Source: Candidatus Peribacteria bacterium RIFCSPHIGHO2_02_FULL_53_20 (GTDB lineage Bacteria; Patescibacteriota; Gracilibacteria; Peribacterales; Peribacteraceae). Taken from it: a stretch of DNA of 42,161 nucleotides. Both the position numbers and the translations under genes were made by a program. The stretch is from contig MFXW01000047.1 in the NCBI GenBank assembly GCA_001787585.1, forward strand, positions 1-42,161, in the 5' to 3' direction. Shown here piece after piece: positions 28,315 through 37,771 of the stretch. The notes beneath the pieces are model-generated. The model did not search any database and was not told the DNA's origin. It worked only from the letters and a program-made list of their open reading frames with translations. Each line of letters starts with the position of its first letter. Within the stretch, counting starts at the first letter, position 1.

Positions 28315-29433
28315 ATGCCTATCCCCCTTTCCTGTCCGGATATTTCCGAAGACGACGTCCAAGCGGTCGTTGCCGTACTCATGACCCCTCAGCTCTCTCT
28401 TGGACCTAAGCTTGCGGAATTTGAGCAGAACATGGCCGAATTTGTCGGTGCAAAGCACGCAGTAGCCGTCAGTAGCGGCACGAGCGCGTTGCATCTGTGC
28501 ATCCGAGCGCTCGGAATCGGACTAGGAGACGAAGTCATTACCACTCCCTTCAGCTTTGTGGCTTCAGCCAATTGCATGCTCTTCGAACAGGCAATCCCCC
28601 GCTTCGTGGATATTGAGCCTCGTACGTTCTGCATCGATCCAGCTCTGGTGGAGCGTGCCATCACGAAGAAAACAAAAGCAATCCTCGCGGTAGATGTCTT
28701 TGGGTACCTCGCTGACTGGGACGCCTTGCGAACTATCGCAAAGAAACATCGTCTCGCCCTCGTTGAAGACAGCTGTGAATCGCTTGGCTCTGCACGAGGG
28801 AAGAAGAAGGCTGGCACATTCGGTGACTGCGGCACGTTCGCGTTCTATCCGAATAAGCAAATGACGACTGGCGAAGGCGGGATGATCGTGACCGACCGCG
28901 ATGATATAGCTGCCCAGGCACGCATGGAACGAAACCAAGGACGCGACCCAAGTAGCACCTGGCTGGAGCACCGTACACTCGGCTTCAATTACCGCATCAG
29001 CGACATCAATTGCGCACTGGGATTAAGCCAGCTGAAGCGACTGCCGGACTTCGTAAAGCAGCGGCAGCAGATAGCGGAATGGTACCGCGAGGAATTGAGC
29101 CCGCTTGCAGAGCACATCACGCCCGCACCGGACCAAGAAGACGTGGATATCAGCTGGTTTGTGTACGTTGCCCATATGAGTTCGCAGCATTCTGAAAAAG
29201 ACCGTGACGCGCTCCTCGAACATCTACGCAGTAATGGCATCGGCTGCAACAACTACTTCCCGCCCATCCACCTGCAGCCCCTCTACAAAAAACAAGGCTT
29301 CAACAAGGGGGATTTTCCTGTTACGGAGAGGATTGCAGAGCGTACGGTCGCGCTGCCGTTTTCTTCGCATCTTTCGCGCACAGAGGTTGCGACTGTGTGT
29401 AGAATCGTGAAAGATGGCATTCTTCGCCTCTAA
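28315..29433 (+). CDS. DegT/DnrJ/EryC1/StrS sugar aminotransferase
   Basis: SSGTSALH, EDSCESLG, FYPNKQMTTGEGG, GFNYR. Confidence 0.93.
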   Translation: MPIPLSCPDISEDDVQAVVAVLMTPQLSLGPKLAEFEQNMAEFVGAKHAVAVSSGTSALHLCIRALGIGLGDEVITTPFSFVASANCMLFEQAIPRFVDIEPRTFCIDPALVERAITKKTKAILAVDVFGYLADWDALRTIAKKHRLALVEDSCESLGSARGKKKAGTFGDCGTFAFYPNKQMTTGEGGMIVTDRDDIAAQARMERNQGRDPSSTWLEHRTLGFNYRISDINCALGLSQLKRLPDFVKQRQQIAEWYREELSPLAEHITPAPDQEDVDISWFVYVAHMSSQHSEKDRDALLEHLRSNGIGCNNYFPPIHLQPLYKKQGFNKGDFPVTERIAERTVALPFSSHLSRTEVATVCRIVKDGILRL

Positions 29434-29443
29434 ACCTGTTCCT

Positions 29444-30502
29444 ATGACTTCCCTTTTCCGTGACAAGACGATCCTCGTCACGGGTGCCACCGGCTCGATC
29501 GGTTCGGAAATCGTGCGACAACTACTCGCCTTGAACCCCAAGACTGTCCGCATCTTCTCTCGAGATGAGCACAAGCAGTTCATCATGCGCCAGAAGATCG
29601 GCGATATTGATGCTATTCGCTACCTGCTCGGAGACGTGCGCGATTTCCCGCGGCTGCTGAGAGCTATGGAAGATGTAGATTTTGTGTTTCACTGTGCCGC
29701 ATACAAACATGTGCCACTGTGCGAGTACAATTCCTTTGAAGCGGTAAAAACCAATGTTATCGGCACGCAAAACGTTATCGAAGCGGCACAGCAACAAGGA
29801 GTCAAGCGTGTGCTCTTCATCAGCACAGACAAGGCAGCCAGTCCCAGTAATGTCATGGGCGCGACGAAGCTTCTCGCGGAGCGTCTGATGACCTCAGCCA
29901 TGTACTCGCGCGGTCAGCACCCGATCATCTTCAGCAGTGTCCGCTTCGGAAACGTCTTAGGGTCACGCGGATCCATGATCCCCACATTCTGCGAGCAGAT
30001 CAAAGACGGCGTCCCCGTGACCATCACCGATCCAGCGATGACGCGCTTCATCATGTCCATCCCCGAAGCCGTCAGCCTCACGTTTGCCGCCATGGAGCAG
30101 ATGCAAGGAGGAGAACTCTTCATTTTGAAGATGCCGACCTTCCGTTTGAGCGATTTCGTGGCTGTTCTCATAGAGGAAGTTGCTCCGCTCTACGGTAAGA
30201 AGCCGTCTGCCGTGAAGACAAAAACCATCGGCATTCGCCCGGGCGAAAAAATGCAGGAGCTGCTGATGACTGCGGAAGAAGCGCAGTACGCGGTGGAAAG
30301 CGACAGGATGTTCATCGTCCGTTCATCGCTCGATCCGTTCAAAGAGGATCCCTCGGTCCCGCATCGCGTTGCGCCAAAAGCCTACAATTCCTCCGAGCTC
30401 CCTCCGATGGACCGCGACAGTATGCGCAAGATTATCAGAGAATACTTCACCACATCTCCTTTGCCGCTTGCCATGACACATGCAAATGAGAGTATGGAAT
30501 AA
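29444..30502 (+). CDS. UDP-GlcNAc 4,6-dehydratase family (CapD/PseB/PglF-type catalytic domain)
   Basis: TGATGSIG, FSRDEHKQ, HCAAYKHVP, STDKA...GATK, RFGNVLGSRGS, MTRF, GIRPGEK. Confidence 0.92.
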   Translation: MTSLFRDKTILVTGATGSIGSEIVRQLLALNPKTVRIFSRDEHKQFIMRQKIGDIDAIRYLLGDVRDFPRLLRAMEDVDFVFHCAAYKHVPLCEYNSFEAVKTNVIGTQNVIEAAQQQGVKRVLFISTDKAASPSNVMGATKLLAERLMTSAMYSRGQHPIIFSSVRFGNVLGSRGSMIPTFCEQIKDGVPVTITDPAMTRFIMSIPEAVSLTFAAMEQMQGGELFILKMPTFRLSDFVAVLIEEVAPLYGKKPSAVKTKTIGIRPGEKMQELLMTAEEAQYAVESDRMFIVRSSLDPFKEDPSVPHRVAPKAYNSSELPPMDRDSMRKIIREYFTTSPLPLAMTHANESME

Positions 30503-30525
30503 TATAGTGTTGCCACGTACAACCG

Positions 30526-31971
30526 ATGCCTGCTCCCCTGAATATCCTTCTCAAAGCATTTGACGGCCCCCGCATCCGACCGATGCTCAAGGCTGCTTTC
30601 GCCGGAAAAGCCATCGGGACGTGCATCTCCATCGTCAACCGCAATGAGCCGGCGCCGGACATTCAGGCTGCACGGCATGTGTGGATGCCGGCAAACCCCT
30701 TGCGAGCAGGACAATACCCAAATGTCGACTGGAATACCATTGCGCCGCTCGATGCAGAGCTGATCGAACGCATGGTGCATTGCGAGACGATGTTTTTGGC
30801 TATGATCGAGCGCTACGCTTTGAATGCGGATATTCCGTATGCGGAGCGCAAGCGTCAGTATCTGGCGCACCTGCGCTACTGGAACCACTTGCTCCGCACG
30901 GAGAAGATCGGGCTGTATCTGCTCAATCACGGACCACACCAGGGATACGATTACGTGATTTATGAACTCTGTAAGTTGAAAAATATCCCCACCTATCATC
31001 TGGAACGCTGTTGCAATGTGGATGGCGTTTTTCTTGTGAAAGACTATGAGAAATCCGCTGAACAACTCATACCAGCACTTGCAAAATTAAAAGCGGAATA
31101 TGGGAATCCGGAAAAAGAAGTGCCGCTTTCGCCAGCATACGAGAATTTTTTCACCATGCAGACGACGCAGATGGTGCCCGCCTGGTCCGCAGGAAATCGG
31201 GATCAACATCTGACAAAGAAAACCTTTGTCACCAAATGGCTTGGAAAATCGCTGGAGTTCTTGCGCCACAAGCCCCTACGATTCTTTAAGGCAATCTCTT
31301 CTCCCAATGTCTGGTCGCGGAAAGTTACCCAGCACCGCACCGCACGATTCTATGATGAGCATGCCACAGAGCCCGACGTATCGAAGCCCTACGTGTATCT
31401 GCCACTCAGCAAACAGCCGGAGGAGGGCGTACTGCCGCGAGGAGGCGCATTCGCCAACCAGGAACTGATGGTTCAGTTGCTTGCCACATATCTTCCACCG
31501 GATGTGCACATCTACATCAAAGAACATCCCAGTCAGGGGGAAGCCTTCCGCAGCGAGGTGTTCTACCGAACATTGCTTGCATTGCGCTCCGTACGGTTCG
31601 TTCCGCGCGGGTATGACACCTTCCGACTGATGCAGCATGCAAAAGCTATCGCCACGATCACAGGTACAGCAGGATTCGAGGCAATTTTCCGCGGCAAACC
31701 CGTGCTGATGTTCGGACACCGGTTCTGCCAGTACGCTCCGGGGACGCATATGATCCGGACGGCTGCCGACTGCAAAGATGCCATAGACCGGATATTCAAA
31801 AAAAGCGATGTGCCTTCTTTGCGCAATCTGCGGCTGTTTCTGAAAGCAATAGAAGACATCACCGTGCCGATGGAAGGCGGTCCGCTACGATCGGACCAGT
31901 CTCCTCGCGAAGAGCGCGCACGTGTCATGGGGGAAATGGTCAGCAACATCCTTGCACCACTTTTCCAGTAA
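30526..31971 (+). CDS. Capsule polysaccharide biosynthesis protein (KpsS/Capsule_synth-like), candidate ulosonic acid transferase
   Basis: YVYLPLSKQPE, IYIKEHP, ITGTAGFEAIFRGKPV. Confidence 0.75.
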   Translation: MPAPLNILLKAFDGPRIRPMLKAAFAGKAIGTCISIVNRNEPAPDIQAARHVWMPANPLRAGQYPNVDWNTIAPLDAELIERMVHCETMFLAMIERYALNADIPYAERKRQYLAHLRYWNHLLRTEKIGLYLLNHGPHQGYDYVIYELCKLKNIPTYHLERCCNVDGVFLVKDYEKSAEQLIPALAKLKAEYGNPEKEVPLSPAYENFFTMQTTQMVPAWSAGNRDQHLTKKTFVTKWLGKSLEFLRHKPLRFFKAISSPNVWSRKVTQHRTARFYDEHATEPDVSKPYVYLPLSKQPEEGVLPRGGAFANQELMVQLLATYLPPDVHIYIKEHPSQGEAFRSEVFYRTLLALRSVRFVPRGYDTFRLMQHAKAIATITGTAGFEAIFRGKPVLMFGHRFCQYAPGTHMIRTAADCKDAIDRIFKKSDVPSLRNLRLFLKAIEDITVPMEGGPLRSDQSPREERARVMGEMVSNILAPLFQ

Positions 31972-31975
31972 AACT

Positions 31976-33112
31976 ATGCGCGTCGCCCTCTTCTCCTCCA
32001 CCATCGAGCCGAAGGACGGTTACGGCAATATCACCTTTGAACTCACGAAGGAATTGCATGCGCAGGGCATTGACATCACGCTCTTTCTTCCAAAGAATCA
32101 GCAAAATGCCGTGGCTGCGATGTCACTGCCTTGCACAACCATCTGCGCACTTCCGAAATACGTGTACCGAATATTTGAGAGAAATGGACCCGGATACTTT
32201 CGCACAGTAAATGTCTCTTCGTTCGATCTTGTCCATGATCTTTTCGCTTTTCCGTACTGCATTGTCGCAGCGCGATCTGCAAAAAAAGCGGGTAAACCTC
32301 TTGTCATGGGAGCTCAGGGAACACACGGCGTCCGACCGCTCGCATACTGGCCGGAACGATGGCTTTTGAAAAAATGCTACAAGAGTGCTTCTGCAATCGC
32401 TGTGCCAAGCCAATACACGAAAAAACGGATCCTAGAGGAAACCAAAGAAGATTGTGCCATTGATGTGATTCATAACGGTGTCCGGTTCGACCGGTTTCAG
32501 AAAAGTGTGGATACATTGTCCGTTCGCAATCGGTATCCTGGAAAAAAAATTCTTCTGACAGTCGGTGGTCTTTGGGGAAGAAAAGGACATGATCTTGTGC
32601 TGCGTGCACTTCCCGAAGTTCTCAAGAAACATCCAAATGTTGTGTATGTCGTCGTCGGAGATGGGAATGCACGAGCCGATCTAGAGGCGCTCGCAACGGA
32701 TCTCGGCATGCGGGCAAACGTCGATTTCGCGGGTCGCAAGTCGGGAGATGAACTGGTCGCCTACTTCCAAGCATGCGACATCTATGTCCACACGCCGAAA
32801 ATCGTTGATCAGAATAAATTTGAAGGATTCGGCATCGTCTATCTCGAAGCGAGTGCCTGTGGTAAACCGATTGTTGCAACAGATGCCGGTGGGATACGTG
32901 ATGCTGTTCTCGACAATGAAACCGGACTCATTGTTCCCGATGGAGACATCGCCGCCATCGCCAATCGCATTATTCGCTTATTGGATGATGAAGGCCTCGC
33001 GAAGCGACTCGGAGAGAGAGGGCGGGCGTATGCAAAAGAGAATGACTGGAGTGTGATCGCAAAGAGATTTATAGGGATGTACGAAAGAGTGTTAAAGGCA
33101 AATGCTGAATAA
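31976..33112 (+). CDS. Glycosyltransferase family 4
   Basis: IHNGV, TVGGLWGRKGHD, EGFGIVYLEASACGKPIV, ETGLIV. Confidence 0.93.
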   Translation: MRVALFSSTIEPKDGYGNITFELTKELHAQGIDITLFLPKNQQNAVAAMSLPCTTICALPKYVYRIFERNGPGYFRTVNVSSFDLVHDLFAFPYCIVAARSAKKAGKPLVMGAQGTHGVRPLAYWPERWLLKKCYKSASAIAVPSQYTKKRILEETKEDCAIDVIHNGVRFDRFQKSVDTLSVRNRYPGKKILLTVGGLWGRKGHDLVLRALPEVLKKHPNVVYVVVGDGNARADLEALATDLGMRANVDFAGRKSGDELVAYFQACDIYVHTPKIVDQNKFEGFGIVYLEASACGKPIVATDAGGIRDAVLDNETGLIVPDGDIAAIANRIIRLLDDEGLAKRLGERGRAYAKENDWSVIAKRFIGMYERVLKANAE

Positions 33113-33181
33113 CCGTAACGGCAGGCGTCCCGCCTGCCTCCGACCAAGTGGAAAGGCAGCCGGGACAGCTGCCGTTACGGT
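33112..33181. repeat. Inverted REP-like doublet between convergent genes
   Basis: ACCGTAACGGCAGGCGTCCCGCCTGCC (33112-33138) and GGCAGCCGGGACAGCTGCCGTTACGGT (33155-33181): 24/27 reverse-complement match. Confidence 0.75.
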
Positions 33182-34656
33182 GCATATAGCTGATCCAGTT
33201 CTTTGATGATCGCCTCGCTATTATTCTTCACATGCTCCTCTTCCGCCATATGCGATACTTTCATATGCCACGGATTCAGAATGCCGCGTATGCCCGTCTC
33301 CTCCATCGCCTGCAGATACAAACGCGCTTCGACGAGTGACGGCTTTTTGCCTTCCACAAACACTGCCCTAATCGCCGACTTCATGTCTTCTGCCGTGCGG
33401 ATGCGATAGACACCACGCGCATACTGGTAGAAGCGATACCCGAAAAGAAATACCGGCTTGCCGCGGAATAATCCTTCGAACCCGGCCGTGCCCGTCACCG
33501 TTGCAACAGCAATACACTTCTCACGTAAGGTAAAAGTATCTGCACTTCGGCGAATAAATCGCACTTTGTTCATAGCGAGCAATTCCTGGTACATCGGCAC
33601 CGTTCGCGCAAGCCAGCTGCTCGCTCGAGGATGTTCCTTCACATAGATGAAAACATCATCAGGAAGATGCGCATTAAGAAGGGCAGCGACCATGTTCTGA
33701 TCGCTGAATGCTCCACCCATAGGCACCGTGGATGCTTCGGGCTGGAAGTGGAGAGGCAGATAGACGAACCGCGCCGTGAGATCCGGGTCGATGGCATGTG
33801 CATCGTAATACGCATCACGCGCACGAATCATCCGGGAACGCTTGATTCCTTCCACGGCACGCCTGAGTCCGCCCGGTGTGCAATATCCGGCAATGAATCG
33901 AAGTCCGGACACCGGAGAGAGACACAGCGTCTTTCGCACCTGTCCCCAGTAGCCTAATCGCTTAACGCCCTCAACAGGAGGTTTTTGTCCTGCGGGAACC
34001 GAGAGCGCTTCGAAGCGCGCGGCAAACTCTTCTCCCAGTGGCATCTGTGCCAGATCCGTGACACCGCTGTATTCCCGGAGCAATTCCTCATATCGTTTCC
34101 CAATTTGCTCCGCAGATTTCTCAATGTCATGCTCGGCAAAAGAGTTGTCGCGGATGGAGGACGTATGAAAATAGAGAGCCGGAATCTTCTTCAGCTTGCA
34201 GAGATGATAAATGACGATATCCGGTATTTCGTGCGGCAGCCACGCCGCGATGTACAAATTGATCTTCTTTTTATCAATGTAATCGTTCCAGAATTGCAGA
34301 TGCCGCAGGTACCACTGTTTGCGCAAGCTATAGGAAATGGACCGTTTCCACTCCAGCCGACTCACCATCTCCAGAAATACCACTTCGCACGGTCTCATCT
34401 CCTCAACGAGAGCTTCATCGAGCGGAGAAATTGTGCTCCAATCCACTCCTGCATAATCGCATCCGCGGATTTCACTGGAAGAAAACCATTCCTGGAGGTC
34501 GCGGGGTACGTGGCTATAAAACCGCGGCTCGCCCGTGGAAATGATGCCACAAAACGCAAAAGGACATCGTTCAAAAACCGCCTCAAGCGATCGCTCGGAA
34601 AACGGAAACGAGAAGCGGGCGACGATGGCACGGATGGAAGGGGCTTGAGGAGTCAT
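33175..34656 (-). CDS. Second KpsS/Capsule_synth-like protein (paralog of 30526-31971)
   Basis: YAGVDWSTISPLDEAL (versus YPNVDWNTIAPLDAEL), FVYLPLHFQPE, YVKEHP, VTGTAGFEGLFRGKPV. Start reset to ATG 34656 because the longer ORF overlaps the opposite-strand gene. Confidence 0.78.
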   Translation of the reverse strand: MTPQAPSIRAIVARFSFPFSERSLEAVFERCPFAFCGIISTGEPRFYSHVPRDLQEWFSSSEIRGCDYAGVDWSTISPLDEALVEEMRPCEVVFLEMVSRLEWKRSISYSLRKQWYLRHLQFWNDYIDKKKINLYIAAWLPHEIPDIVIYHLCKLKKIPALYFHTSSIRDNSFAEHDIEKSAEQIGKRYEELLREYSGVTDLAQMPLGEEFAARFEALSVPAGQKPPVEGVKRLGYWGQVRKTLCLSPVSGLRFIAGYCTPGGLRRAVEGIKRSRMIRARDAYYDAHAIDPDLTARFVYLPLHFQPEASTVPMGGAFSDQNMVAALLNAHLPDDVFIYVKEHPRASSWLARTVPMYQELLAMNKVRFIRRSADTFTLREKCIAVATVTGTAGFEGLFRGKPVFLFGYRFYQYARGVYRIRTAEDMKSAIRAVFVEGKKPSLVEARLYLQAMEETGIRGILNPWHMKVSHMAEEEHVKNNSEAIIKELDQLYAP

Positions 34657-34726
34657 TCTTTGTGAGTATTGGCTGAGGAAAACGGTATTGCAAGGAAGTC
34701 CCGTGCGATATACTTCCCCAGCTCTC

Positions 34727-36436
34727 ATGCATAAACGCCTCGCAGCAATTACGATCGGCCCAAAAGAAAGCATCCGAAAGGCGATGGAGAAGATTGATGC
34801 TGCACCGAGACAAAGCCTTCCAGCACCCGCAGGAATCATTCTTGTAATGCACAAAAGTAAATTCCTAGGGATAGCGACGGACGGTGATATTCGCAATGCC
34901 ATCCTAAAAGGTAAAAATCTGGAGGAACCGATCGAGAGCATCATGACCAGAAAACCGCTGACGGTGATGCATGATGAATCCCCCGATGTGATTCTTGCCC
35001 GCTTCCACGATGTCCTTCGGGAACGGAAGCTTCCCGAAAGCCGCTTCCACCACATTCTCACCGTGGACGAAAACGGTAGCCTCGTCGATATCTTCTCGCC
35101 CTTCGAGCTCTGGAGAAGGAGTGAGGTGAAGATCAAAACGGTTTCGGTGATCGGACTCGGCTATGTCGGTCTCACACTCGCCCTCACGCTCAATGAGTTC
35201 GGCATTCGCGTCATTGGCGTGGATACCAACAATACAGTTATCAAGAAATTGAAAGGCGGCGTGCCGCACTTCTATGAAAAAGGTCTCGATCAGCTAGTGA
35301 AAAAACACGCTAACAAGAGCCTGATTCTAAGTAATTCGCTTTCCGAAAACCAGAGCGATATTTTTGTCATCTGCGTGGGGACGCCGGTTTCGGATCAGGG
35401 CAAAGTAATGTCTAAGTACCTGACGGATGCTGTAAAAGAGGTGGGCAAAGTCCTGAAACCGCATGATCTCGTCATTCTGCGATCCACGGTACCCATCGGC
35501 ACCTGCCGCGAAACCGTGATTCCCCTTCTGGAAAAGGTTTCTGGGCTGAAGGCTGGAGAAACATTTATGGTGAGCTTCGCGCCGGAACGGACAGTAGAAG
35601 GGAAAGCGCTCGAAGAGCTCCGCACGTTGCCGCAGATCATTGGGGGATGGAACAAGCAGAGCCTGGATGAAACCAGCAAATTCTTCCGGATCTTCGCCCA
35701 CACCATCGTCGCCGTCGATAATCTCGAAGAGGCCGAGGCGGTGAAGCTTCTCAATAATACGTTCCGGGATGTGAGTTTCGGATTCGCCAACGAGGTTGCA
35801 TGGTCATTGCATGGCTACGGTCTCAACGCCCGCAAAGTGATCCGTGCAGCCAATGAGGGGTACACGAGGAATCCCATCCCGGCGCCGAGTCCAGGGGTAG
35901 GCGGCATGTGCCTTGTGAAAGACCCGTATCTCTTTGTCGCATCTGCAAAAGAGAAGGGGTATCAACCAAGATTGCCGGTCATCGCCCGCGATATCAATGT
36001 ATCGATGATCAGGTTCATCGCGAATCAGGTGGATACATTTGTGAAGAAGCACAAAAAGACTCCAGGAAGAACACGTCTCTTCCTTGCCGGCATGGCATTC
36101 AAAGGCTCTCCGGAAACATCAGATCTGCGCTACTCCACATCCGTGGAAATCCTGCAGCAGCTCCAGAAACGCTATAAGCATATCGCCATTTTCGATCCCG
36201 TGGCATCCAAGGAAGGGCTCCGCACCCTCAATGCAAAAGTCGTACGTTCATTGAAAGAAGGATTCCAAGATAGTGACTGCGTCCTCATGCTCAATAATCA
36301 CCCATCATTCCGAGAAGCGAATATTTTCGCACTCGCATCGACCATGAAAACGCCGGGATTTCTCTTTGACCCATGGGGAAGCTACCGGGAAGAGCAGCTC
36401 ACGGGAGTGGAAGGTATTTTTTACGCCGGACTCTAA
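34727..36436 (+). CDS. CBS-domain-fused nucleotide-sugar dehydrogenase (UDP-ManNAc dehydrogenase-like)
   Basis: N-terminal CBS motifs LGIATDGDIRNAIL...IMTRKP...VDENGSLV, then GLGYVGL, LRSTVPIG, APERTVEG, GVGGMCLVKDP, GMAFKGSPETSDLR. Confidence 0.9.
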   Translation: MHKRLAAITIGPKESIRKAMEKIDAAPRQSLPAPAGIILVMHKSKFLGIATDGDIRNAILKGKNLEEPIESIMTRKPLTVMHDESPDVILARFHDVLRERKLPESRFHHILTVDENGSLVDIFSPFELWRRSEVKIKTVSVIGLGYVGLTLALTLNEFGIRVIGVDTNNTVIKKLKGGVPHFYEKGLDQLVKKHANKSLILSNSLSENQSDIFVICVGTPVSDQGKVMSKYLTDAVKEVGKVLKPHDLVILRSTVPIGTCRETVIPLLEKVSGLKAGETFMVSFAPERTVEGKALEELRTLPQIIGGWNKQSLDETSKFFRIFAHTIVAVDNLEEAEAVKLLNNTFRDVSFGFANEVAWSLHGYGLNARKVIRAANEGYTRNPIPAPSPGVGGMCLVKDPYLFVASAKEKGYQPRLPVIARDINVSMIRFIANQVDTFVKKHKKTPGRTRLFLAGMAFKGSPETSDLRYSTSVEILQQLQKRYKHIAIFDPVASKEGLRTLNAKVVRSLKEGFQDSDCVLMLNNHPSFREANIFALASTMKTPGFLFDPWGSYREEQLTGVEGIFYAGL

Positions 36437-37501
36437 ATGAAAAGCATCATCTGCAATCCCAGTTACGGAAATAATCCGTACATCCGGACAACGGAAATGG
36501 CTCTAAAGTTAAGCGACAAGCTCGGAGAGAATATTTCCGTGGTCGTTCCGCATCTGTATGGTGAAAAGCAGACACGCATCCTCCGCGAAACCTTCGGGGA
36601 AGATCCTCGTATTATTCTCGATGAAACATTCGGAATAATTCTCCGAAAAATATTCTTCGAGGGTACTTCGTATGCTGCGTTTCTAGAACAATGGATGGGT
36701 GAGTCAGATGCAATCAGTGAGGAAGCGCAGGAATATCTGCATGCAACGTATGACATTCTTTGTGAAATCAGCCGCTCCCCTCTTCTGAATCTCGGGATTT
36801 CACCAGCATTTTACAACTCCTGGTTCCGCACATCAGTCATTCTCGAGAGAGCGGCAACCGAACCCGCAATCGCGATCGATAAGACGCTCTTACAAACCGC
36901 AGCGGAAAAATTCCGTGCCTTGGAATCCCGATACCAGCTTCATATGATCAGCGTGCCGGGCACATTCGATCCCGGAAAAGACGATACGCCTATTCCTCTC
37001 GGCGTTTCCCTGCCCGTGGTCGATGAACAGGTTGTGCAGCACGGCGTATATGTCACCGTCAGTGGTATTCCGGATGTCGGTCCCCTGCAAAGTATCGCCG
37101 ATCGCCTGGGAATCAAAATCTACGCATCCGATTCTGCAAAGATCCAGAGGTCTGTACATGCCCTTCCCGGCATTCTCGCGCATCAGGAAATTGTTGCGCA
37201 CATCGCGCGCGCCGGATGGGGAGCCATTGGTACTTCCCTCGCCACCGGCACTCCACTGATTGTTCCCGCATATCAGAAAGACGAAGATCCGGAGATTTTC
37301 TTCAACATCCGCCGCATTGAAGAACTTGGACTTGGCGTGGAATTCCGTAATCAGACGGCAACCGAACTTTTGGCAATGATGAAGATTTTGCGACCAAGAA
37401 TCGCGGAATACCGTGAAAAACTATTGGAGCAATTCGGAACGCTGGATGGGGCACAAATGGCTGCAAACATCATTGCTGAGAAATTATTGGAAAATTATTG
37501 A
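36437..37501 (+). CDS. GT-B fold protein with a GT28/PseG-like C-terminal domain
   Basis: IARAGWGAIGTSLATGTPLIVP...E...NIRRIEELGLG. Starts on the base immediately after the previous stop (TAAATG). Confidence 0.62.
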   Translation: MKSIICNPSYGNNPYIRTTEMALKLSDKLGENISVVVPHLYGEKQTRILRETFGEDPRIILDETFGIILRKIFFEGTSYAAFLEQWMGESDAISEEAQEYLHATYDILCEISRSPLLNLGISPAFYNSWFRTSVILERAATEPAIAIDKTLLQTAAEKFRALESRYQLHMISVPGTFDPGKDDTPIPLGVSLPVVDEQVVQHGVYVTVSGIPDVGPLQSIADRLGIKIYASDSAKIQRSVHALPGILAHQEIVAHIARAGWGAIGTSLATGTPLIVPAYQKDEDPEIFFNIRRIEELGLGVEFRNQTATELLAMMKILRPRIAEYREKLLEQFGTLDGAQMAANIIAEKLLENY

Positions 37502-37509
37502 AGTAGGTG

Positions 37510-37744
37510 GGTGGGTTCCGCGCGCCACGGGGGGTGCCGGGGAAGACCCTGTTTTCCGCCCGCAGGCGGAAGTCGAGATGGAAACGCCGAATCCTTGCAG
37601 GCGTTTCCATCGAGACACAGGGTCGAGTAGTTCGAAAAACTCACTACAGGCTCCGGGGCTTGGCGCGGCCTGCCCTGAGCTGGGTCGAAGGGTGGGCTTT
37701 TCTTTGCTACTTTACTTTTGTCCGGCAGACAAAAGAAAGTAGAT
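37510..37744. ncRNA. Structured dispersed repeat / candidate ncRNA, copy 1
   Basis: Homologous to 39507-39703, with compensatory substitutions in several stems and a long terminal hairpin. Confidence 0.6.
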
Positions 37745-37771
37745 ACTGTTAGCATCGACCCAACTCAACCT

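Noticed and set aside
34657-35136. N-terminal extension of the 653-aa minus-strand ORF
   Set aside because: It is antisense to the CBS domain of the plus-strand gene. Similarity to the paralogue starts only near ATG 34656.
37510-37744. Structured repeat as a tRNA, SRP RNA, tmRNA or simple intrinsic terminator
   Set aside because: I see no cloverleaf/T-loop, SRP or tag-peptide signature. The T-run precedes rather than follows the terminal hairpin on the plus strand, and the conserved multi-stem body is far larger than a terminator.
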